From Antedon mediterranea (lineage: Eukaryota > Animalia > Echinodermata), in contig NC_092675.1 in NCBI RefSeq assembly GCF_964355755.1, forward strand, positions 17,642,912-17,706,911: DNA of 64,000 nucleotides, written 5' to 3'. The notes beneath the pieces are model-generated. The model saw only the letters and a list, made by a program, of their open reading frames with translations. It did not search any database and was not told the DNA's origin. How positions within the stretch are numbered: the stretch's first letter is position 1; each line of letters starts with the position of its first letter. Both the position numbers and the translations under genes were made by a program. Below, piece after piece: positions 28,401 through 40,400 of the stretch.

Positions 28401-31400
28401 TACAACACCTTCAGCAAAATGTACAACTGTTTGTTTGAATGGGTATGCAACTGATACAGCTGGTTGCCCTGACTACACACTATGCAAATGCAAGAGATCA
28501 GGTATATATTCCTTTCCTAATATTATGTTCTACTATATACTGTATAATACTATTAAAGCATATTCAGTACATTGCTGTTAATCCTTATTTAATGTGTGTG
28601 TGTAAGATGATGAGCGCTGCTTTGTGCAGCTGTATGACACTGTATGAAAAGAGTTTCTTGTGAGTCGCAGGTTATTCCCCCACATTTTTATTTACATTTT
28701 ATATCATCAGACAAATTTGTATATTCATGGCCTATATTAAGTAGGTAGTAGTAAATTGTTGAATTAACTGTAGACACTTTATACTTATTTGAACCACCAT
28801 TTACATTTATATATACTCAATGATTCATAAAGAATATAATGTATTATTTGTGAAAAATCAATAAAAAACAACAACAATTATATCATACTAATTACTATTA
28901 TTTATTGAAAATACTCTCAAATTCCACCAATTTGTATTTATTATTTGCTTCCTTGATTATAGCTGCCTCACGTGTGTGTAATTCTAGAAGAGAGGAAATG
29001 AGGAACTGCAAGAAGTCTTGCGCTTATGGATATGCTTCCAACACCTTTGGATGTCCTATCTGCAAGTGCCAACAGCCAAGTAAGTACTCATTCAAAATAT
29101 CAATCACTCTAAACTAAATGTAGCAACAGAGAGATCTTTGTTTTCTAGTTTATTAGTGTAGACAGAGCTGAAGAAAGTAAATAAGAAAATGCGATTTGGT
29201 TTTTTTTTTCATTCTTTCTTTGTCTGAAAAGTTGCATATACTACACTAAGCAGTTAGTTTTCATATTATATATATATATATATATACTATTGTTATTTGC
29301 AATTTATTAAATATAATGTTTTTTTTTCTCAGCTTCCAAGGAGTTGTCCAACAGAGTTAGTGTTTCCAGAACCTTTTACACAACCCCCAACAAGTACCCA
29401 ACCACCTTCTACAGTGGTGTCAATTCTGTCAACACTGTCAATTGTCCATTGATCAATTCTGAATCTTGCACTTTGACGTGTAACTATGGATTTGCTACAG
29501 ACACTACTGGTTGTACAATATGCAGATGTAGATCTAACCCAGGTTAGTTAAACTATATTGTTAAACCATACTCTCCCAGTACCAAACTTTCCGAAATTGA
29601 ATTTCTCACTTTGTATGATAATGGAATTTTAATTTTGTTTCTATTCATTTCAAATTGTTAGCATCATGTACTGAGGTTAGTCCAGATGTTTGTCCACTTG
29701 CCTTGACCGCTAAGTATGGACTGGCGACAAACAATGCTGGATGTGATATGTGCATTGCTCGTAGACCAAGTAAGTTCCAATTTTTTTCTACTCTAAATAC
29801 ATTTTTTTTTTGTGTTCTTGATTTATTTACATACTAAGTAAATACAGTTGAATCTAATGGGACTGGCATGAAAAGTTTGAATTATGGGAATTTTGACTAA
29901 AAGACAAACTCTTTTACAGCCTCGCTACAGCTAGGCCTACTTACTTGAAACATTTCGTACCATACATGCCCTACATTCTGAGCCTTGAATTGAGTTGGAT
30001 GCTAAGCTAGGTTTATTAATTGCTAAGCCTAAACTTTAACAGTAATGTGTACTACTGTTATACAATTCACTATTCTTTATTTGTTTTTTTCTAGTCACTT
30101 GCAACCCAATCAACACTCACAACTGTGCCAACACCTGCCTCTATGGGTATGCTACAGATAGCTTTGGATGTGAAGTCTGCAACATTTGTGCAAAACCACG
30201 TAAGTAGCATGTCGTTTACCTTATTGCAAAAATTCAGATATAAATTGTTTGTGCTATTTTATTCATCTGTTTATGTATTTGTTTTTATTTTCCTATTTTA
30301 TGTTCTTTTCTTTTAGCTGGTGAATGTTTGGTTGTTCTTACATCTTGTCAAAAGAGTTGTAATTATGGGTATGCCACAGACCCACAAGGATGCTCCATGT
30401 GCCTCTGTCGTCAACCACCATGTAAGATCATTAGATTATATTTAATCTATTTTAAACAGACATTGCACTTTTAGTCAAATGTTTGAGGAAGGAATTGTTT
30501 GTGTCTTTCTTTTTCAGTTTATTTGTTGGAGTGGCATGTCTAACAGAAGTTGTTGACCTCTTTTGTGCCTCTCCTTATTTGAACATTTGTTTGCCAAACT
30601 TAATCAAATAAGTTACAGTTGCTGAAAAATTGATTAAATTAAATTCAACATTTATTTTCTGTCAAGAAAACAACTTTTTTTTTATGAAGGAATAATAATA
30701 ATACATAAATCATTGTGCATTGTTATCTGTGTTTTGTCTTTTAGCATTCAAGACTTCTCGTGTCATCAATTTCAAACCTGCCATCACTCCATCAACTGCT
30801 CCCACACCTACCTGTCCAGAACTCAACTGTGCTCTGTCTTGCTCACAAGGCTATGCCACTGATCCAAACACCGGATGTGCTCTTTGCAAATGCAGTGCTC
30901 TTAGTAAGTCCATATGCAACTTATGATAGAGTGTAGGAATTCATTTTTCAATTTTTCAAAACTGATTGTTAAAATTTAAATTAAAATTAAATTAAAAACA
31001 TATTCAGAGCTATGAATATTCACGTTAAAACTATTTTACCTGACTTAGATTCTTCTTATTGAACTCTTATGTAAACAATTGTTAACCATGCCATTTATTC
31101 TCATGTGTTTTTTAGATTGCCGTGAACGTGAGTGCGCTGGCAAATGCCCATTTGGTGTTGTCACCAACCGCAAAGGATGCCCAACATGCACTTGCAAGAA
31201 ACCAAGTATGAAGATACATTTCTTTTAAAAGCCATGTTTTATTATATATATATACAGTGTACTTTAGAACTATATTTTATAAATGTATTTTTTTTTTTAG
31301 TAACTTGTGCACCACTTGGTCAATGTGACTTGGTATGTCCACGGGGATATGCCACCAACATTCATGGCTGTGAAATTTGTATGTGCAAGAAAAATTGTAA

Positions 31401-34400
31401 GTTAATTATGTTTTGCGATGTTTTGGTTTTTTTTTTCAGTTTAGTGTATCAGTTCATGTGATGCTCTAATTATTTTTATCAAAGAGTTATTTTTCTCTTT
31501 AAAATTGATTTGTTTTTTAAAATTCTATAGTTGATGTTTGCCCAGAACCAATGTGTGAGATTGATGAGACGCTAAGATGTTCTTTTGGCTACGCAACAGA
31601 TGCTAACGGCTGCGAAATTTGTCAGTGCAAGATGCCAGGTTAGTTTACTAGACCAAGTCATAAATGATATTAAAACCACTATTGTACCAGGTCACTAAGT
31701 TTGTATTAGTAGACCAGGTCATAAATTATATTAAAACCACTTTTGTACCAGGTCACTAAGTTGGTATTAGTAGACCAGGTCATAAATGATATTAAAACCA
31801 CTATTGTACAAAGTCACGAAGTTAGTATACTAGATCAAGTCATAAATGATATAAAAACCACTATTGTACAAGTCACTAGGTGTATATAATAGACCAAGTC
31901 ACTAGGTTAGTTTAGTAGACCAAGTCATAAATGATATTAAAACCACTATTGTACAAAGTCACTAGGTTTGTATACTAGACCAAGTCACTAGGTTAGTTTA
32001 GTAGACCAAGTCATAAATGATATTAAAACCTCTATTGTACAAAGTCACTAGGTTAGTATAGTAGACCAGGTCATAAATGACAGTCATAACAGACAAAAAC
32101 TCTCACTTTCGTATTAAAACCACTATTGTAATGTCACTAAGATGTATTATTAATTATGCGACATGAATATTTTCCACAGTGAGATCAATTCTACCAATTA
32201 AATTTACACCTGCTAAGTGCACCCCATTGTCTTCTGAAACCTGTAGTGAACGATGCCCTGATGGATATGCCACTGATACCATGGGATGTGAAATTTGCAC
32301 TTGTATAAAACCAGGTAAGATGGTCTTTCAGTTTTGTTTACTTCTATCCAGATGATTCAACACCACATATGGTCCCTGCAAGAAGGCACACACAGTTTTT
32401 TTCTACTTTTCTAAAAAATAGTGAGCAATGTAATATCTATCTATAACCCTTATTGTTTTTGTTTAGTAACTGAATGTGGAATCATTGCTGCTGATTGTAA
32501 AAAATAGTGAGCAATATAATATCTATCTATAACCCTTATTGTTTTTTTTAGTAACTGAATGTGGAATCATTGCTGCTGATTGTGCTATTGCTAAGACTTG
32601 TCCATATGGCCTTGCTACTGATGATCTAGGCTGCACAATTTGTAAATGTAAAATGCCATGTAAGTTTACTGTTTTAGATTGATTGATTAATAATGTTCAT
32701 CCTCAAATTGAAGAACGTCACATTAGATCCTCCACAGCCATAGTGAGGCTCCTACCACGAAAGGGGAGATCTGTGCGTCTGGGCAACCTTTAATCGTCCA
32801 AAAAAGAGGCCCTATGTTATTTAAAGTACACAAAAGCCAGATGAGGTCAGTGGACCCTTAATGGTCCTTATTCGAGAAGACTTGTTCTACTACAAGAACT
32901 GTGGCCGAGGAGAGCCTTATAGAATTAATCTTTCTATTTTATTTACAGTTTAAAATATAGATCGATGATCTATTTAATGATAAATGATATTGTTTAAACT
33001 AAACCCTTAATTGCATTTTAAACTTTAGGTTTGTGTACACCACTTCCCCGAGGCTGCAATGAAAACTGTGAATATGGATTTGCCACCAACTTCTTTGGCT
33101 GTGAAGTCTGCAGATGCAAAGAGTGTAAGAGAACATTACAATCCTTTTCATACATATTACCAGTGCGCCCTGGAGCTTTTGGGAGTGGGGGGGGGGGGGC
33201 CTGAGGAGTGCCCAGAGGAAGAAAAAAGGCATTAAAATACGTCAGAGACCTCTAGTGTTGCAGCCACTTATGGCCTCAAGTTTCTGCGTTATGCCACTGC
33301 ATATTATTTTATAACAACACGACAAATTTATGAAATTATGAAAAACAAAAATGAAACATTTCTTTATATATATTAAAATAATCCTTATTAAAATAATTCT
33401 AGTTGTCTTATTTATGTGATTTCTTTTTTCATAAATCTTTATCTTTGATTTACCTAATAGATTCTTCAAGTGAATGTCCATCTTTGGACGGATGCAATTT
33501 GAACTGTCCACTTGGTCTGGCCAGCAACCGTGAGGGATGTGAAATTTGCAAATGTAAATACCCAAGTAAGTAAACCTTAATTTATGTGAATAAATGTTAT
33601 GTATGTATATGCCTACATCATTTTGATTTACTTGATCCTTCCCTGTATGAACACTTTAATACAGATTTTCAATAAAGACAGATAATTGGTAGATTGATCG
33701 ACAACAAAAAAATATTTTAGCTTTAAGCTTGGTTCCCATTAAGACACAACGCAAAACATAGATACAACACAAGCAAGTTGACCAATGACAAGCGACAGTT
33801 TGAATAATGCATCGCTTATGATTGGTTAAATCACTTACATTGCTCTTGCGTCCTAGTGGAAACCAAGCTTTGCTGGCTACAATAACAAGCAATATAATTA
33901 ATACTTTTTTTCAAATTTTTTTTCAGCTACTGAAATGGTATCTAGAGTAAGAGATATGACACCTGTGCAAGGTCCCAATATGATGCCAACAATTCCAGGA
34001 GTAAATGTACTAGCCCCTGAACCAGCATGTCCAACAGTCAACTGCTTTGTGCATTGTCCTCATGGCTTTGCAATCGATCCAGTCACTGGATGTGAAAATT
34101 GTGATTGCAAGGCTGGTAAGTTTAACTCATTTGTACAGGAGGGATGTATATGGAGTTGTTAGGTTCGGTTGGGTTGTCATTGTTCAACATTGGGCTGACT
34201 GAGACGACTCCTTTTAATTTAATAATCCAGATATTGAGGTGCAGGTTAGTGGAGATAGCACTGATATAGATAGGTCAGGGCCGGAATTTAACGCTGATTA
34301 TACACCACTCCAATCGGGTCTTCACCTACTCATCTACCATTTATTCTTTCCTGATGGTTCTGGAGGTCTACATTTCCTTAAGCCATGAAAAAGAAATTTA

Positions 34401-37400
34401 ATGTCTGTTTTAATATTTACCATAGTTACTTATGTTATTTATATATTGTTTTTTTAGCCGATTATATTTCATTGTATGTTTACATGTATATATGCCAATC
34501 AAATTTAATCTTCATCTGAATTCAAATATCCTTTTAAACAACTTTAACCTACTCTCTTTCTTTGATATTCAGCACCACTATTCACCTGTCCAGCCGTTCC
34601 ACGAACTACTCACAGCATGTGTGTTAACTTCTGTTCGATGGACTCAGATTGTCCATCTGGTGCCTACTGCTGCTCTAATGGATGTGGAAAGACATGTTTG
34701 ACTGCAACATCTAATGGTAATATTTAAACCAACAATTTCATTGCAAATAAAATATATTATGATCATATGCTGTACACTGGTCGGAGATCCCCACTTGGAA
34801 AACTGAAATATTTGCAAAAATTTGTGAAAGCATAGCCAAACAAGTGACATGCTATAAAGATTCTTTAAAATACAGACTGTTTTAATACTGCCCTTTACAA
34901 TAGAGGGCGCTATTAAAACAATCTTATCTGCATTTATAGGAAACAATGGAAGCTACGCCCTTTTGCAGGAAAAAAAGTGGAAAATGCGTTGAGAAATGCA
35001 TTTTTGTCCCTTTAGTTAACAAGCTAGGGCCCAGTAGTAGAGCCTAAATATTTTTACTGTGAACATTAATCATGAGAAATTATCTAGGACATGAGTTTAC
35101 CTGGACTCATTAGAGTATCATACATTTTAAAGGGGTTTTTTATGTTTAGAATGTATTGATGAACATGGTGTTTCTCATGCTTCTGGTAAGCTGTGGATGA
35201 GAGATAGTTGTACTCGCTGCTCTTGTGATCAGGGAACCACGTCATGCACCGCATTCAAGTGTGATCCAATCCCACAAGGATGTCAACCATACTACATCAC
35301 TGGACAATGCTGTCCAAGCGCTAGTTGCCGTAAGTCTTTCTTTTTCCAGCCACTTTCACAGATAACTTATTCATATATTCCTGAATATGTACATACGTTG
35401 ATACAATATTGGTGCTGGTAGTAGTGATGTCATATTTCAACAGCAAAATATACAAATTTAGATCATGTGTTTGATAAATGAATACATTAAACATAATTTA
35501 TTTAATAAATGGATATGTATAGTAAAATTTTAGTTAGTTTTAGGTATAATAGACAACATGAAATGGAATTCCTCCAACTGAATTATGATTGCACATTTTA
35601 CATGCATTTTATGTGGTTGCCTGTTCCATCGTCCGTTTCAATTTTGAGTTTTAACAAAATATCCGATTTACATTTGTAAATTACATGCAATAAGTTCTAA
35701 ACATTTTAAAGAAATGTTAATTAAATGGCATTAAATCTGCAATTTTTTTTTTAAATTACCAATTCAAGTTCCAAATTTTCCATTCTACTACATATGAAGT
35801 CATCTACGATTTATACTTACAATTCCGTTTTGATTTTGATCAACTTTATTTGACATTGCAGCCCAGAAAACTTGTTTGACCCAGGATACTTGGTCTGAAG
35901 ACACCTGCACCAACTGTACATGCGTTGATAATGCAGCAGTGTGTACTAAACAGATGTGCCCAGAGATCAAGCCAGGATGCACCCCAGAATACATCCGAGG
36001 AAAATGTTGTCCAGATATGAAATGCCAAGGTTAGGAGTAACTACTATTTATATTTATGTATATGCAATGTCATTTTGAAATTAAGAAGTTGTGTAGTAAC
36101 TAAGGAACATTTATTTTCACAACTTTTTTTTTATATGAAGGATGCCATTTGGGCAATGGTCAAAGAATGCGCAATGGTGAATCATGGAATAAGGATAAGT
36201 GCACAACATGCCGTTGTGAGAATGGCAATGCAGTCTGCTCAACCGCTACATGTGAACAACCCAAACCAGGATGTAAGGTTGTTAACTTAGTCAATCAATG
36301 CTGTCCTCGTATTGTATGTCCTACTGAAGGTAATGTTTGTTTAAGAATCTTTGATTGTGTTTAATTTAATTCGCCTTGTCCTCTTGATGGGATATTAAGC
36401 TGTTGGTGCTGTGTACACCACTGCAAGTGCTACACAAAATAAATTGTATTATTTATATTCATATTTAATAGCCAGTACAATTCATATCTGTATTTATCAT
36501 GTTACAAAAATTTCTCCTAACCAATGAAACAGTTTAATAATTCTTCCTTAGATGCATATGAATCAATTAACATGTATTGTGTCCATATTATAGGATCTGG
36601 AACCTCATCATCAACATTGGGAACAGTTGGAGAACAACCCTGCTATGCTCACAAGAAGATGGTGCCAACAATCAACATGATGGGTGTGTCCATCCCAATA
36701 ACTGGCTTCTTTAACCCAGTTTGTACTGCTAACGGATTCTATGAAGGTAAACAGTGTCATCCATCAACCGGTTTCTGCTGGTGTGCTGATCCATTTGGCA
36801 AGGAGATTGCCAACACAAGAACACAACATGGTGGCTTAGTCTGTGGTGAGTGTTTTATCTGTAATTACAACAAAGATATGAATGTTTGTTCATTAGAATA
36901 TTTATTTATTAAACTTTATCACTGCACATAACAACAAAACAAAAAAGCAGCGAAAAGAAAGGAATGAACAGGTGACAAGCACATCTATCCACATACTCCC
37001 CCCCCCCCCCTTAAAATACACATAACATTACATAGAATATATACCATTATATATCTTTTAAATTGCATTACTTCATTCATAATAGTATATTTATTAAAAA
37101 TAGAGTAAAACTGAATTGTGTGGTTTTTACATGATAAAATTTACAGTGTATAAAAATATCAATCTAAAACACATAAAAAAGACAAATAAAGTGGCAAAGC
37201 CCAGAATGACAGAAAAGCAATGCAGTACAAGGGAAATGTAACATATATTTTAAAGTTACAATTCTGTTAGACAACGAAAATGCACACTACTGTAGCTCTT
37301 TTATTAGTTTTGATGTTTATGTGTCTGTATTTATTAAGTAAGATAAAACGGAAAATGTTTTGTATCCATTTTTAAGATAAAGTTATTAATATTATTGATT

Positions 37401-40400
37401 ATTTCCCAGTCTTTTCCATGATTTCTGTCACCCTTGGTCCTCTGTCATTCCTAACATCATCATGTATGAGATTAATAAAAGTTTTTGTTTTTTAGAAGCT
37501 CAAATAACAAATGTTCTTCAGTTATATTAATTCAAAAACGGAACAGCCATCAATTTGCAAGTTTTGTAAATCTCTGTCTACACTATCAAACTAGTTTGAC
37601 AAAAAAAAAATGATGTGCCCAAATATAGTAGTGATATGCTTAAATATGGTAGTGATATGACATCATCATGTCCATATATGGGAACATCAAATTTTTTTGT
37701 CACATACAATTTTTGTAGACAGAGGTTTAGATATAAATCATTACAGTTGTTTTGTTCTTTAATGTTTGCAGATCAATCAATGTGTTTGGACCACCTGAAC
37801 AGCCCACGCATTCATGGAGATCAATGGAAACCTGAATCCTGCACCACATGTACTTGTGAATATGGACAGAGTGCCTGTCTACCAGTAGAATGCCCTGTTG
37901 TTCCACAGGGTTGTGTTATTACCTCAAATACTGGATGTTGCCCTGAGTTCACTTGTGGAGAAGGTAAGACCACTTTACTATTATTACCCTATTAACTTTC
38001 TGTGACAACAATATGTGATGTTCCCATACATGATGATGTCACATCACTACCATATTTGAACATATCACTACCATATTTGGACACATCACACTTTTTATCA
38101 AACTAGTTTGATCTGAAGACTGATCTTTAGAATCAAATATTACTGTTTTCAATTTTACTGTTTATATTTTCTAGGATGTACAGTAAATGAAATCCACTAT
38201 GCCATTGGAGAGTCTTGGAACGCTGCAAACTGCCAGAAATGTACTTGTATGGCCTCTGGCCAACAGTGCTTGTCGCGTACCTGCCAAGTATTCACTGACC
38301 CAATTCCAACAGAATGTCATGCTGTCTGGACTGATGATGTATGTTGCCCTCGTACTGTTGTATGCAACGGTGGTAAGTTTAGAGTTTTTTTCTCATTAAC
38401 ATCACCAATATCTTTTTTCATGTACATAATTTTAATATCATGTGTGCTTAAATTTATATTGTCACTCATTGATAAACAATATTAAATAGTGCAGTATAGA
38501 AAGGTAATATTTCATTCAGATGCATTAAACAAGCCATTACAGTCATGGGATTCAGAGTAAAAAAAATCAATATTTAGGTAACTTTACATCAAATTTGATG
38601 GATGTTTCTTTTTTCGTGTATAGATTGTCCAGTTGACAAGCCACAATATGCTTGTTTTGTCAACCCCTGTGACAATATTCGTTGCCCAATGAACCCTAAT
38701 GCCATCTGCAAGCCTAACTACTGTGGAGGATGCAACGCTGTATTCTACAACAGCAACAATGTTCCTGTTCAGTGTACAAGTAAGTATAACCTAGGGCTGA
38801 GCAGTAACAATATACAGTGAGTTATTTTCCTAAAATGCAACAAAAAGAGAACTGAAAATAAATTTGTTGCCTAGAATACAGATATTAAACAGTGAGGTTT
38901 CTTTATTCTTTATTTAAAGTGCAACAAACTTAACCATAATATTGTGAATGACTAAATATTGGAAAACTTAATTATGTACTACATTATGGTATAGCCTTAA
39001 AGCCTCAACAGGCTCAAACCTATTTAATCAGTGTTGAATTTAAACAGGATATTATTTTGTTTACTTACCCACAATGCTTTGTTTAGATTGTATGTCAGCT
39101 ACTGGCAGAATGTATCTCCCTGGTGAAGATTGGATTGAAGGAAGCTGTAGACTCTGTGCCTGTAACAGTGTAGGTAGATCAGTGTGCTCTAACTCCTGTC
39201 AGCAACCACAGACAGCTAGTAAGTGTGCTGAAGTAACTTAAAGATTGAAAGAATGATATTGATCCAAAGAAAGTAAATACTTCATTTGCAAATCTAGTAA
39301 TTGGGGTGTTACAGATCTATTATGGAACGAATGCATCCCAGGTTACTTATCATCTTGTCGTAATGGATCTGAGACTGTCATTCCTTTGGCCATCCATTTG
39401 GCAGGGCTATAATATACCAGAACACCAGATTAGCCACCTACTCTTCTAAAAGATGCCATTGGTTTCCAGAAGTTTACACTGGACCTTGGGTTTAAAATCC
39501 TTATCTAAAATGACTTGTCTACCACCAGAAGAGAGAAGAATGCCCTGAATCTATGCCAATATTATGGCTAAGGTTTGCAGCACCCTGCCTAAACCGCTCC
39601 ACCACCGGAAGTGGTTTGTTTTTTATTAATTAATAATTAATTATATTCTGTTGGAATCTGTGTTTTCAAGACTACAGAGTTTTATAGAAAGTGGGCTAAT
39701 TGGATTACAGGAGTAAAGGGTCTTTAACACCCAATCGAACATCAATGTTTCGTTTTCATGCAACTACACGCATATCGTTTGGCACATAGCCGCGTGGAAC
39801 GTCGTGAAAATGAAACATTGATATTCGATTTGTCTGACCGGAACTATGCGGGAACAGATGTGAAAGACCCTTAAAGGCAGAAAAATCAAGCCCTGAATAT
39901 ACACATGCTTGTTGCATTTGTATTTAAGATACTAATATTTTGGATTTTTATAGCCTTTTTTTAAACTTTATTGTACAAAGCGCTTCACATAGGATATACA
40001 CTTCATTACACATCAATTTTAATATTTTTCAGGCACCAAAACTTGTGTGGATATCTCAGGACAGGTTTACTACGTCGGTCAAAAATGGGAGAACACAAAA
40101 TGCCAGACCTGTACCTGTGAAGCTAGTGGTCAAATCTCTTGCGCTAGCAAATGCAAATATTCTCTAACTGACCCATTGCCAGCAGGATGTAACTTTATAT
40201 GGACAGACGATAAATGTTGTCCAATCCAACCTGTTTGTAATAATGGAGGTAAGAACAATTTTTGTTGATACATAATAATAATGATATTAATGTTTTTAAT
40301 TCCATTGTGCTTAAAGTACAATATAGTTCAACCAATATTTAATGTTTGACGAGTAAAATTTGTTTCAATTTTAATTTTTGGAGGACTGAATGAATTCTAT

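Noticed and set aside
31639-32140. CRISPR-like repeat array
   Set aside because: Intervening sequences are themselves repeats rather than unique spacers, no cas genes, eukaryotic intron.
12435-34115. Dscam-style mutually exclusive exon cluster
   Set aside because: No conserved docking/selector sequences seen in the introns; the four-domain period with linkers and the fused double exons fit tandem inclusion better. Skipping remains possible but unsupported.
37615-37771. N-terminal part of ORF 37615-37995 as coding
   Set aside because: It is MITE family A and intron sequence; the true exon begins at the acceptor near 37772.
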